Of a stretch of DNA of 64,000 nucleotides, positions 56,546-64,000 are shown piece by piece. The translations under genes and the position numbers were made by a program. This stretch comes from an uncultured Candidatus Saccharibacteria bacterium (GTDB lineage: Bacteria; Patescibacteriota; Minisyncoccia; Phycocordibacterales; UBA9973). How positions within the stretch are numbered: position 1 is the stretch's first letter; each line of letters opens with the position of its first letter. The stretch covers positions 2,133 to 66,132 of the forward strand of contig CAYGDG010000004.1 of NCBI GenBank assembly GCA_964348725.1, written 5' to 3'. The notes below the pieces were generated by a model. The model ran no database searches. It saw nothing but the letters and a program-made list of their open reading frames with translations, and was not told the origin of the DNA.

Positions 56546-57286
56546 TTATTCTTTGGAAGGCACGCTCATCTGTCCATCCTTGTAGGCGGATACGATAGCG
56601 GCGGTGAAAAGCTTGATTGCAGGGATGGCGGCGTCATTGCCGATGATAGGGAAGTCTATGCCTTTGATATTTGAGTCAGAGTTCGCGAGAGCGACGACAG
56701 GCACGCCAGACTTCCTGGATTCGGTAGCGGCGATGTGTTCGGCGCGGGCGTCAATGACGAACAGCGCATCCGGAGCTTTCTTCAAGCCAAGGAGGCCGGT
56801 GTAGTACTTTGCGAGCTTCTCCATCTTCTTTGCCATTACGACGCGCTCTTTCTTGGTGTATTTTTCGAGGTTGCCTTCGACGGTGTCTTTCTTGTAGTTC
56901 TCGAGTTCGGCGATGCGCTTCTTGATTTCGGTAAAGTTCGAAAGAGTTCCACCGATCCAGCGTTCGATGACATACGGCATATTCAGGGATTCTGCGGCAT
57001 TTTTGACCGCTTCGCGCGCTTCAGGCTTTGTGCCCACGAAGAGCACGGTCTTGTTGCGAGCGCCGAGAGTCTTTATGAATTCGGCTGCATCGCCCAGCAT
57101 CACGGCCGTCTTTTCAAGGTCTATGATGTCGGTCTTATTCTTGGTAGCGAATATATACTTGGCTACGGAAGGGTGGCGGCGCGTCTTGGAGTAGCCATAA
57201 TGCGCTCCCGCGTCAAACATCTTCTCTATAGACACTTGTGATACTTGATTTTCCTTGGTATTTTCTGCTTTTTGCATAGGGTTCAT
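56546..57286 (-). CDS. rpsB: 30S ribosomal protein S2
   Basis: MFDAGAHYGY.KTRRHPSVAKYIFATKNKTDIIDLEKT ... VLFVGTK. The start is placed at the internal ATG (MNPMQK) rather than the track start at 57370. Confidence 0.9.
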   Translation of the reverse strand: MNPMQKAENTKENQVSQVSIEKMFDAGAHYGYSKTRRHPSVAKYIFATKNKTDIIDLEKTAVMLGDAAEFIKTLGARNKTVLFVGTKPEAREAVKNAAESLNMPYVIERWIGGTLSNFTEIKKRIAELENYKKDTVEGNLEKYTKKERVVMAKKMEKLAKYYTGLLGLKKAPDALFVIDARAEHIAATESRKSGVPVVALANSDSNIKGIDFPIIGNDAAIPAIKLFTAAIVSAYKDGQMSVPSKE

Positions 57287-57375
57287 ATTAGCAGAAAGGC
57301 AGGATTTTTGCAAATTTAAAAAGATATGTGAATAAAAAAAGCCCCACAGTTTCGTGAGGCTTTTAAACATAAATT

Positions 57376-58053
57376 TTAATCCTTATTCTTGGTCACCGAG
57401 ATGCTTTGGCGTGTTTTCCAGAAATGCCGGAGAGACCAATCGTCGGAATAAATTTTTCCGCTTTCAAACTTCTGCTCCCCGTCAGGTAGATGGATGCCTC
57501 CGCCGCTGAAATTTATTACATTCAGCATGGAATTGCTTGCCCCCATCGATTGCAGCCATACTTGTGGAGCAATTACCTTGCTGATAAGGATACTTTCGGG
57601 CGCTCGCCCGAATACCTCGATCGGATTTTCCAGGATACATTTTTCAATAGTCAACCTTGTTCCGGTGATGTCATGCAAAGAAATTGAAAGCACCCCATCT
57701 GGTTTTCGGCCTATCCAATTTTCCGGATCAATAAATTGGCAATTTTCAAAATTGATGTGTTCTAGTATACAGTTTGAAAATTTAATTCCGCCAACGAAAA
57801 TACATTTTTTAAAAATTATCTGGACAGAGCCTTCGCCATGCAGAGTGATGATTTCTTTTCGCGCGAAGGAATTTACTTCCGAGAAATCAAAAAATTGGTT
57901 TTTGATTTTCAACACATGGGATGGGTTTTTCACCGGATGGCAATTTAAAACCGACATCGTCGAATTTTTCAGGAATTCAAGTACGTCGTCGGAACTCAAG
58001 AAGGGCGGTGCGTGCATTACAGCATCAGCTGGCTTAAAGGTTGTTGTGCTCAT
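57376..58053 (-). CDS. hypothetical protein (possible beta-helix repeats)
   Basis: 225 aa. Moderately AT-rich. Short N/C/F-containing repeats (FENCQFIDPENW, IKFSNCILEHINF). No confident family assignment. Confidence 0.3.
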   Translation of the reverse strand: MSTTTFKPADAVMHAPPFLSSDDVLEFLKNSTMSVLNCHPVKNPSHVLKIKNQFFDFSEVNSFARKEIITLHGEGSVQIIFKKCIFVGGIKFSNCILEHINFENCQFIDPENWIGRKPDGVLSISLHDITGTRLTIEKCILENPIEVFGRAPESILISKVIAPQVWLQSMGASNSMLNVINFSGGGIHLPDGEQKFESGKIYSDDWSLRHFWKTRQSISVTKNKD

Positions 58054-58168
58054 GGTATATTTTTTTTAAATAGTGATTTAAAATAATTTAATCACATATT
58101 ATTAAATAACACAACCCCTTTTGCTAAAAAGCCTTTTTTCCGCTACTATAGGCTATATGACCAAAGGC

Positions 58169-59437
58169 ATGCGACAATCCAAGCTTTTCACCAAGACCCG
58201 CAAAGAGGCTCCGGCAGAGGAGGTATCTAGAAATGCCGAGCTTTTGATACGCGGCGGCTACATTCATAAGGAGATGGCTGGCGTGTATGCTTATCTGCCA
58301 TTGGGTATTCGCGTAATAGAAAAGATAAAAAATATAATTCGTGAAGAAATGGATGCTGTGGGCGGGCAAGAACTTTATATGACTACTCTTCAGCCGAAAG
58401 ATATTTGGGAAAAGACTGATCGCTGGGATGATGCAAAAGTCGATAACTGGTTCAAGACAAAATTAAAGAATGGCGAAGAACTCGGAGTTGGTCTGACTCA
58501 CGAAGAACCTATAGTGGATGCGATAAGCAATTATGTTTCTTCATATCGCGATTTGCCTTTTTCCGTCTACCAGATCCAGAATAAGTTTCGCAATGAATTG
58601 CGCGCAAAAAGCGGCTTATTGCGCGGCAGGGAATTCATTATGAAAGATATGTATTCTTTTGCCAGAACGGAAGAAGAACACACGGAGCTGTACGAAAAAA
58701 TCGCTGCTGCGTATCATAGGGTGTATACAAGGCTCGGTATCGGGCATATCACATATCGCACATATGCCGACGGCGGCATTTTCACCAAGAAGTTCAGCGA
58801 TGAATTCCAGGTACTTTCCAGTGTAGGTGAAGACACTATATATTTGGATGAAGAAAAGAATATCGCCATCAATAAAGAAATATACACAGATGAGAATTTG
58901 GAAAAATTAGGTCTTGATAAGGCAAAATTGGTGGAAAAGAGAGCGATAGAAGTGGGTAATATCTTTCCGCTTGAAAGCAAGTATACCGATGCTCTGGATG
59001 TTTATTTTACGGATGAAAATGGAGAAAAAAAATCCATAATCTCAGGCTGCTACGGAATAGGTGTGAGCCGCACGATGGGCGTGCTTGCTGAAATACTTTC
59101 TGACGACAAGGGCATCATCTGGCCGGAAGCTGTCGCGCCTTTTAGGGTGCACTTGCTTGCCCTCGGCGAAGATGAGGCGGTGCAGAAAGAAGCAGAAAAG
59201 GTTTTCAATGATTTGGAAAATGCTGGGATAGAAGTGCTTTTTGATGACCGCACGGACATGTCGGCAGGGGCAAAGTTTGCCGATGCGGACTTGCTCGGCA
59301 TGCCATATCGCGCAGTCATTTCCGCGAGAAGCATGAAAGAAGGCGGTGTGGAATTGAAGAAGCGGAATGAAGAGAAAGGCAGAGTTATCAGCACAGATGA
59401 ATTAGTTAGGGCTTTAGACCCTAACGAGAGGGTCTAA
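58169..59437 (+). CDS. proS: proline--tRNA ligase (short form without editing insertion)
   Basis: MRQSKLFTKTRKEAPAEEVSRNAELLIRGGYI ... AGVYAYLPLGIRV. Class II motifs. C-terminal anticodon-binding domain. Alternative upstream ATGs at 58121 and 58157. Confidence 0.8.
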   Translation: MRQSKLFTKTRKEAPAEEVSRNAELLIRGGYIHKEMAGVYAYLPLGIRVIEKIKNIIREEMDAVGGQELYMTTLQPKDIWEKTDRWDDAKVDNWFKTKLKNGEELGVGLTHEEPIVDAISNYVSSYRDLPFSVYQIQNKFRNELRAKSGLLRGREFIMKDMYSFARTEEEHTELYEKIAAAYHRVYTRLGIGHITYRTYADGGIFTKKFSDEFQVLSSVGEDTIYLDEEKNIAINKEIYTDENLEKLGLDKAKLVEKRAIEVGNIFPLESKYTDALDVYFTDENGEKKSIISGCYGIGVSRTMGVLAEILSDDKGIIWPEAVAPFRVHLLALGEDEAVQKEAEKVFNDLENAGIEVLFDDRTDMSAGAKFADADLLGMPYRAVISARSMKEGGVELKKRNEEKGRVISTDELVRALDPNERV

Positions 59438-59451
59438 AGCCCTAACTACAT

Positions 59452-60498
59452 ATGTTCAAAAAATTTTACGAATTAATTTCAAACGACATCGGCATTGACC
59501 TCGGCACGGCGAATACTTTGGTGTACCTGAAAGGTCACGGCATCGTCATTAATGAGCCGTCGGTGGTGGCGGTCAATACCAAGACGAATCAGATCCTCGC
59601 TGTCGGCGCAGCGGCAAAAGAAATGCTTGGCAGAACGCCGGGACATATTCGCGCAGTGCGTCCGCTGGTGGACGGCGTGATTTCGGACTTTGAAGTCACC
59701 GAAGAAATGCTTTCATACCTCATCAATAAGGCCGACAAGATGTCCAAGAAATTCGGGCGCCCGCGCGTGGTGGTGGGCGTGCCGTCGGGAACGACGAATG
59801 TGGAGACGCGCGCTGTATATGATGCCGCTCGCAGTGCGGGCGCCCGTGAAGTGTACCTCGTGGAAGAGCCGATGGCCGCGGCTATCGGCATCCGCTTGCC
59901 CATCAAAGAACCGAAAGGCTCCATGATTATAGACATCGGCGGCGGCACGACGGATATCGCAGTCATTTCCCTCGGCGGCATCGTCAAATCTAAAAACCTT
60001 CATATCGCCGGCGACAAATTAAATACCGACATCATCACATACATGCGTGATGAATTCAAAATACTTATCGGCGAAAAAACTGCCGAAGCGGTAAAGATGG
60101 CGATAGCATCCGTATTACCCGGCGAGTACATGGAAGCGTCCGTGCGCGGGCGCGATCTCCTGACCGGTTTACCGCGCGAAGTGGTAGTAACCGATACCGA
60201 TATACGCGAAGCAATAGCACTTTCAATCAAAGGACTTGTGGAAGGCGTGAAAGATGTGCTGGAGACGACGCCGCCGGAAATTCTTTCTGACATCATGCAT
60301 CAGGGCATCACGCTCTCGGGCGGCGGCGCATTGCTTCACGGCTTGGACCGCTTGCTTCAAAACATTTTAAAAATTCCCGTCTACGTGGTGGAAGATCCGC
60401 TCTCCGCAGTCGCCCGCGGCACCGGCGTCATACTGGACGACATAGAAGGCTACCGTGAAGTTCTCATAGGTAATCAAGATGAGCTACCTCCTCGATAA
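59452..60498 (+). CDS. mreB: rod shape-determining protein MreB
   Basis: IGIDLGTANTLVY ... PSVVAV ... VVGVPSGTTNVETRAV ... IIDIGGGTTDIAVISLGG. Confidence 0.9.
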   Translation: MFKKFYELISNDIGIDLGTANTLVYLKGHGIVINEPSVVAVNTKTNQILAVGAAAKEMLGRTPGHIRAVRPLVDGVISDFEVTEEMLSYLINKADKMSKKFGRPRVVVGVPSGTTNVETRAVYDAARSAGAREVYLVEEPMAAAIGIRLPIKEPKGSMIIDIGGGTTDIAVISLGGIVKSKNLHIAGDKLNTDIITYMRDEFKILIGEKTAEAVKMAIASVLPGEYMEASVRGRDLLTGLPREVVVTDTDIREAIALSIKGLVEGVKDVLETTPPEILSDIMHQGITLSGGGALLHGLDRLLQNILKIPVYVVEDPLSAVARGTGVILDDIEGYREVLIGNQDELPPR

Positions 60499-61276
60499 AA
60501 AGAATCGGCAGAAAAAATATCGCACCATTGCGATAGGCGTTTTCATTTTGCTCGTCGCCATATATTTCCGTGCGGAAATTTACAATGGCTTTTCGCGTGT
60601 TCTCGGCGCGGTGGCAAAACCATTTCTCTCGTTCGGCCGAAATGTGGGCGGCGGCATTTCCGGCACTGGCGCGGCTTTTGCTTCCAAAAAATCTTTGCGT
60701 GCGGAAAATGAAAATCTAGAGGCACAGCTCGCCGAAATGCAGGGCAGGATGGGGAACTATGATATTCTGGCCGCCGAAAATGAAAACTTGAAAGAAATAT
60801 TGGCGAGAAAAAAAACTCCCGGCACATTGCTCCTCGCCGCCATCCTCGCACATCCGAACCGCTCTTTATACGATACTGTACTTATAGACGCGGGCGAAGC
60901 TGAAGGGGTGAAAGCAGGCGACAGGGTATTCGCGGAAGGCGATATACCGCTCGGCACAGTGGCGGAAGTCATGCCGCACTCGGCAAAAGTGCTCTTGTAT
61001 TCAAATCCCGGCGAGAAGACCGAAGCCATCCTCGGCGAAGGGCATGTCACCCTCACCGGCCGCGGCAGGGGAAATTTTGAGATGATTCTGCCGCGTGATT
61101 ATGTATTGGAGCCAGGCACTGCCGCGCATCTGCCCGGTATATATCCGTATGTCATTGCCCGCACGGCCACGGTCATTTCCGACCCGCGGGATTCGTTTCA
61201 GAAAGCGTTACTGATCAGCCCGGTGAATATTAATCACCTCAAATTTGTGGAGGTGGAGGTTTCACCCTCTCCTTAA
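60479..61276 (+). CDS. mreC: rod shape-determining protein MreC
   Basis: N-terminal TM segment. Coiled coil ENENLEAQLAEMQ ... ENENLKEIL. Beta-rich C-terminal domain. The last 6 codons and the TAA stop lie inside palindromic element copy B. Overlaps mreB. Confidence 0.8.
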   Translation: MSYLLDKKNRQKKYRTIAIGVFILLVAIYFRAEIYNGFSRVLGAVAKPFLSFGRNVGGGISGTGAAFASKKSLRAENENLEAQLAEMQGRMGNYDILAAENENLKEILARKKTPGTLLLAAILAHPNRSLYDTVLIDAGEAEGVKAGDRVFAEGDIPLGTVAEVMPHSAKVLLYSNPGEKTEAILGEGHVTLTGRGRGNFEMILPRDYVLEPGTAAHLPGIYPYVIARTATVISDPRDSFQKALLISPVNINHLKFVEVEVSPSP

Positions 61277-61298
61277 TAAGGAGAGGGCAGGGTGAGGT
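61264..61298 (+). repeat. palindromic element copy B (CACCCTCTCCTTAATAAGGAGAGGGCAGGGTGAGGT), between mreC and tgt
   Basis: Identical over about 35 nt to copy A. It supplies the mreC stop codon and a GGTGAGGT motif 5 nt upstream of the tgt ATG. Confidence 0.8.
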
Positions 61299-61302
61299 TC
61301 TT

Positions 61303-62568
61303 ATGAAATTTGAAATTATAAAAAAACTAAATAATTTGCTCGGTCGCGCGGGAATTTTAGAAACTCCGCACGGGGTTATCCGCACGCCGGCATTCGTGGC
61401 CGTCGGTACGAAAGCGACGGTGAAATCCCTCACGCCCGAGCACGTCAAAAGCGCCGGCTGCCAAGTGGTGCTCGGCAATACCTATCATTTATATTTACAG
61501 CCCGGCGATGAGATAGTGCGCAAAGCCGGCGGCATCGGGAAATTTATGAATTGGCAAGGACCGACGATGACGGATTCCGGCGGCTTCCAGGTATTTTCGC
61601 TGGGCGCGGCATACGGCAAAGATATTTCTAAAGTAATAAAAATCACCGACCCGTCGCTCCTAATACCAGAGCGTTTTGATGACAGCGATGCTCCGCGCCT
61701 CGCGAAGATCGGCGCAGACGGCGTGTCCTTCAAATCGCACTTGGACGGAAGCATTCACTACATCACGCCGGAAAAATCCATCCAGATCCAGCACAATCTC
61801 GGCGCGGATATTATTTTCGCTTTTGACGAATGCACTTCGCCGGCGGAAGATGTGCGCTATCAGGAAGAAGCATTGGAACGCACGCACCGCTGGGCGGAGC
61901 GATGTTTACGGGAGCACATCAAACTTAATACCACCCCCTTACCCCCTCCTAATTTAGGAGGGGGAAGCTCCGACCTAGGTCGGAGCGGGGGAGGTATCGC
62001 ATTGTTTGGAATTGTGCAAGGCGGCAGGGAAGAAAATTTACGCAAAAAATCCGCCAAGATAATTTCGGAGATGCAAGTGGATGGAAAAGGATTTGATGGC
62101 TTCGGCATCGGCGGCTCTTTCGCGAAGGAAGATATGAGTACTGCCGTAAAATGGGTGAATGAAATTTTGCCGGAAGAAAAGCCGCGGCACTTGCTCGGCA
62201 TCGGCGAGCCGGAAGATTTTTTTATGGGCATAGAAAACGGCGTGGATCTTTTTGACTGCGTCATCCCGACGCGCCTCGGCCGAAACGGCACGATATATAC
62301 GAAAAGAGGGAAGATAGTGATCACGAATGCGCAGTACAGAGAAGATTTTACGCCGATAGAGGATGACTGCCCGTGCACGACCTGCCAAGGCTACACCAAA
62401 GCCTACATCGCGCACCTTTTCCGCGGCAAAGAAATGCTCGCCGGCACGCTCGCCTCCACGCATAATATGTATTTCATCGTCTCCCTCGTAGACAAAATCC
62501 GGCAATCTATTTTGGATGGAAATTTTTATGAATTTAAGGAAAGCTTTATGAGGGAATATATAAAATAA
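61303..62568 (+). CDS. tgt: queuine tRNA-ribosyltransferase carrying an in-frame palindromic insertion
   Basis: TPAFVAVGTKA, QGPTMTDSGGFQVFSLG, LGIGEPED ... DLFDCVIPTR, and the zinc site CPCTTCQGYTKAYIAHL. Confidence 0.9.
   Translation: MKFEIIKKLNNLLGRAGILETPHGVIRTPAFVAVGTKATVKSLTPEHVKSAGCQVVLGNTYHLYLQPGDEIVRKAGGIGKFMNWQGPTMTDSGGFQVFSLGAAYGKDISKVIKITDPSLLIPERFDDSDAPRLAKIGADGVSFKSHLDGSIHYITPEKSIQIQHNLGADIIFAFDECTSPAEDVRYQEEALERTHRWAERCLREHIKLNTTPLPPPNLGGGSSDLGRSGGGIALFGIVQGGREENLRKKSAKIISEMQVDGKGFDGFGIGGSFAKEDMSTAVKWVNEILPEEKPRHLLGIGEPEDFFMGIENGVDLFDCVIPTRLGRNGTIYTKRGKIVITNAQYREDFTPIEDDCPCTTCQGYTKAYIAHLFRGKEMLAGTLASTHNMYFIVSLVDKIRQSILDGNFYEFKESFMREYIK
61931..61993 (+). repeat. composite palindromic element inserted in-frame in tgt (encodes TTPLPPPNLGGGSSDLGRSGGGI)
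   Basis: CCCCCTCCTaatttAGGAGGGGG followed by CTCCGACCTAGGTCGGAG. About 20 extra residues relative to the canonical Tgt loop between RWA..R and ALFGI(I/V)QGG. Confidence 0.65.
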
Positions 62569-62599
62569 AAAGTGAAGAAATTATTCTTCACTTTTTTTA
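62569..62599. terminator. bidirectional intrinsic terminator (tgt / 62614..62913)
   Basis: AGTGAAGAAattaTTCTTCACT followed by TTTTTTT. Confidence 0.55.
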
Positions 62600-62613
62600 C
62601 TAAAATACAAAGT

Positions 62614-62913
62614 TTATGCCGGCTGTCTTTTAGGCGCTAGGGATAAAGTTTGCATGGGATGTTCTTCTGTCCAAATCTTCAATCCGTGTTCGTGGCCGCA
62701 TCCGGTTGCCATACATTCAATTTCTCCTGTTGAGCCATTGACTGATAACCAAACAAAAGAGCCACATCTCGCGCATTTTTGAGGGCGATTTGGTTCACGA
62801 AATTCCAATGTTGCCTTTTCATTGTTTATGGATTTTACTATTCCATAAACACTATAGGTTGATCCCTTGAAATCAACTACTGAATTTACTGCAATTTTTA
62901 CCTTTGTTGCCAT
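62614..62913 (-). CDS. hypothetical zinc-ribbon protein
   Basis: 99 aa with a CARCGSF ... ECMATGCGHEH metal-binding cluster. Confidence 0.35.
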   Translation of the reverse strand: MATKVKIAVNSVVDFKGSTYSVYGIVKSINNEKATLEFREPNRPQKCARCGSFVWLSVNGSTGEIECMATGCGHEHGLKIWTEEHPMQTLSLAPKRQPA

Positions 62914-63081
62914 GGTTTCTATTTTAATGGTTAATAATTAGTGAATTTTTTCTAAGTCCAAAACTTTGGGCTCGGAAATAATCCACCAATACAACCGAAC
63001 AAAACTTGAAATAATTATAGCAATTTACAACAAAATTGTCAAGCGACAATAAACCCTTATTTTGCTATACTTAATAGACAT

Positions 63082-64000
63082 ATGGGGTTTAAACTCAAAA
63101 CTGAATTTCAGCCTGCGGGCGACCAGCCGAAGGCTATAGAGGGGCTGGTGAGCGGGCTCAAAAAGGGTATGCGGAAGCAGACATTGCTGGGTGTGACGGG
63201 TTCGGGCAAGACTTTTACGATGGCGAATGTCATACAGCAGATGCAAAAGCCGACGCTGGTGATAGCGCATAACAAGACCCTGGCCGCCCAGCTGGCGCAG
63301 GAGTTCAAGGAATTTTTTCCGGAAAATGCCGTGCATTATTTTGTTTCTTATTACGATTATTACCAGCCGGAAGCGTACTTGCCGACGACGGACACATACA
63401 TAGAAAAAGACGCGCAAATAAATAAAGAGATTGATCGGCTTCGTCATGCGAGTACGCAGGCACTTTTGTCCAGAAAAGATGTGATAATAGTTGCCTCAGT
63501 GTCCTGCATTTACGGCTTGGGAAGTCCGGAAGAATATAAGGAAGAAAATATGTCCCTCGCCGTGGGCGATGCCGCCGGGCGCTCGGAGATAATGAAGCGC
63601 CTTATCGGTATGCATTTCTCGCGCACGAATGCGGACCTGACGCCGGGAACTTTCCGCGCGATGGGGCAAAAGGTAGAACTGATGCCGATTTCGGAGACTT
63701 TTACATATAGTATTGAATTTTCCCCCTCTCCTTTACAAGGAGAGGGCGGGGGTGAGGTTCTTCGCATTTTAAAAATAGACGCCGTGTCATCCAAAGTCCT
63801 CGGTGAAGAGCAGAATATTTTTATTTTTCCGGCGAAGCACTTCATCACGAACAAAGCGAAGCTTCAGCAGGCGATAAAAAATATCAAAGAAGAACTGAAA
63901 GCCCAGCTGAAGAAATTTGATAAGGAAGGAAAAATTTTGGAAGCCGAGCGGCTGAAGCGCCGCACGAATTATGATCTGGCGATGCTGCGCGAAGTGGGCT
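63082..64000 (+). CDS. uvrB: excinuclease ABC subunit B (5' part; continues beyond window)
   Basis: MGFKLKTEFQPAGDQPKAIEGLVSGL ... QTLLGVTGSGKTFTMANVI ... YFVSYYDYYQPEAY ... ASVSCIYGLGSPEEY. Confidence 0.9.
   Translation, partial: MGFKLKTEFQPAGDQPKAIEGLVSGLKKGMRKQTLLGVTGSGKTFTMANVIQQMQKPTLVIAHNKTLAAQLAQEFKEFFPENAVHYFVSYYDYYQPEAYLPTTDTYIEKDAQINKEIDRLRHASTQALLSRKDVIIVASVSCIYGLGSPEEYKEENMSLAVGDAAGRSEIMKRLIGMHFSRTNADLTPGTFRAMGQKVELMPISETFTYSIEFSPSPLQGEGGGEVLRILKIDAVSSKVLGEEQNIFIFPAKHFITNKAKLQQAIKNIKEELKAQLKKFDKEGKILEAERLKRRTNYDLAMLREVG
63722..63758 (+). repeat. palindromic element copy D in-frame inside uvrB (encodes SPSPLQGEGGGEV)
   Basis: CCCCCTCTCCTTTACAAGGAGAGGGCGGGGGTGAGGT. Same family. 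The stop-creating positions are altered (TTTACAA loop, GGCGGGGG). Confidence 0.7.

Overview
This 64-kb window comes from a compact, coding-dense bacterial genome that uses the standard genetic code. GC is about 50%, with several clearly AT-rich islands. The taxonomic reading is an inference only: the window looks like a reduced-genome Patescibacteria/CPR-like organism. The supporting points are short RpoB (1063 aa) and RpoC (1202 aa), an RpoD with a Lys/Ala/Pro-rich N-terminal tail, truncated aminoacyl-tRNA synthetases (ThrRS without the TGS domain, a short ProRS without the editing insert, a 607-aa PheT), and conserved operons missing rimM and pyrH/frr. Many small secreted or membrane hypotheticals fit the same picture. 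The housekeeping core is: rpoB-rpoC-dnaG-rpoD; pheS and pheT with an inserted gene between them; gyrB; thrS; rpmF; a nusB-NUDIX fusion; rnc; an SMC-like gene; rnr; rpsP, a KH-domain gene, a putative TA pair and trmD; rpsB-tsf; proS; mreB-mreC; tgt; a partial uvrB; and one tRNA-Thr(UGU). There is no rRNA and no CRISPR array in the window. The observations most worth a second look are listed below.
- A family of palindromic elements whose arms resemble the anti-Shine-Dalgarno and Shine-Dalgarno sequences. Copies lie between genes, and in-frame inside rnr, tgt and uvrB; one forms the end of mreC.
- A small PaaX-like regulator (wHTH plus a Cas2-like fold) bracketed by three copies of a 32-nt palindrome, which also flank a secreted protein carrying a T9SS-type C-terminal sorting domain.
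- A second secreted protein with the same T9SS-type C-terminal domain.
- An SMC-like ATPase in which a Rad50-type CPxCG zinc hook sits where the hinge would be.
- A NusB-NUDIX fusion and a DD-carboxypeptidase-CapA fusion.
- A UvrD-like helicase fused to an Fe-S RecB-type nuclease.
- An AT-rich three-gene membrane operon next to a solo N-extended MazF-like toxin.
- A HigB/RelE-like TA pair occupying the rimM slot of the rpsP-trmD operon.
- A 14-bp inverted repeat that could sequester the dnaG start region.
- A trhO gene with long stretches identical to E. coli YceA, suggesting horizontal transfer.
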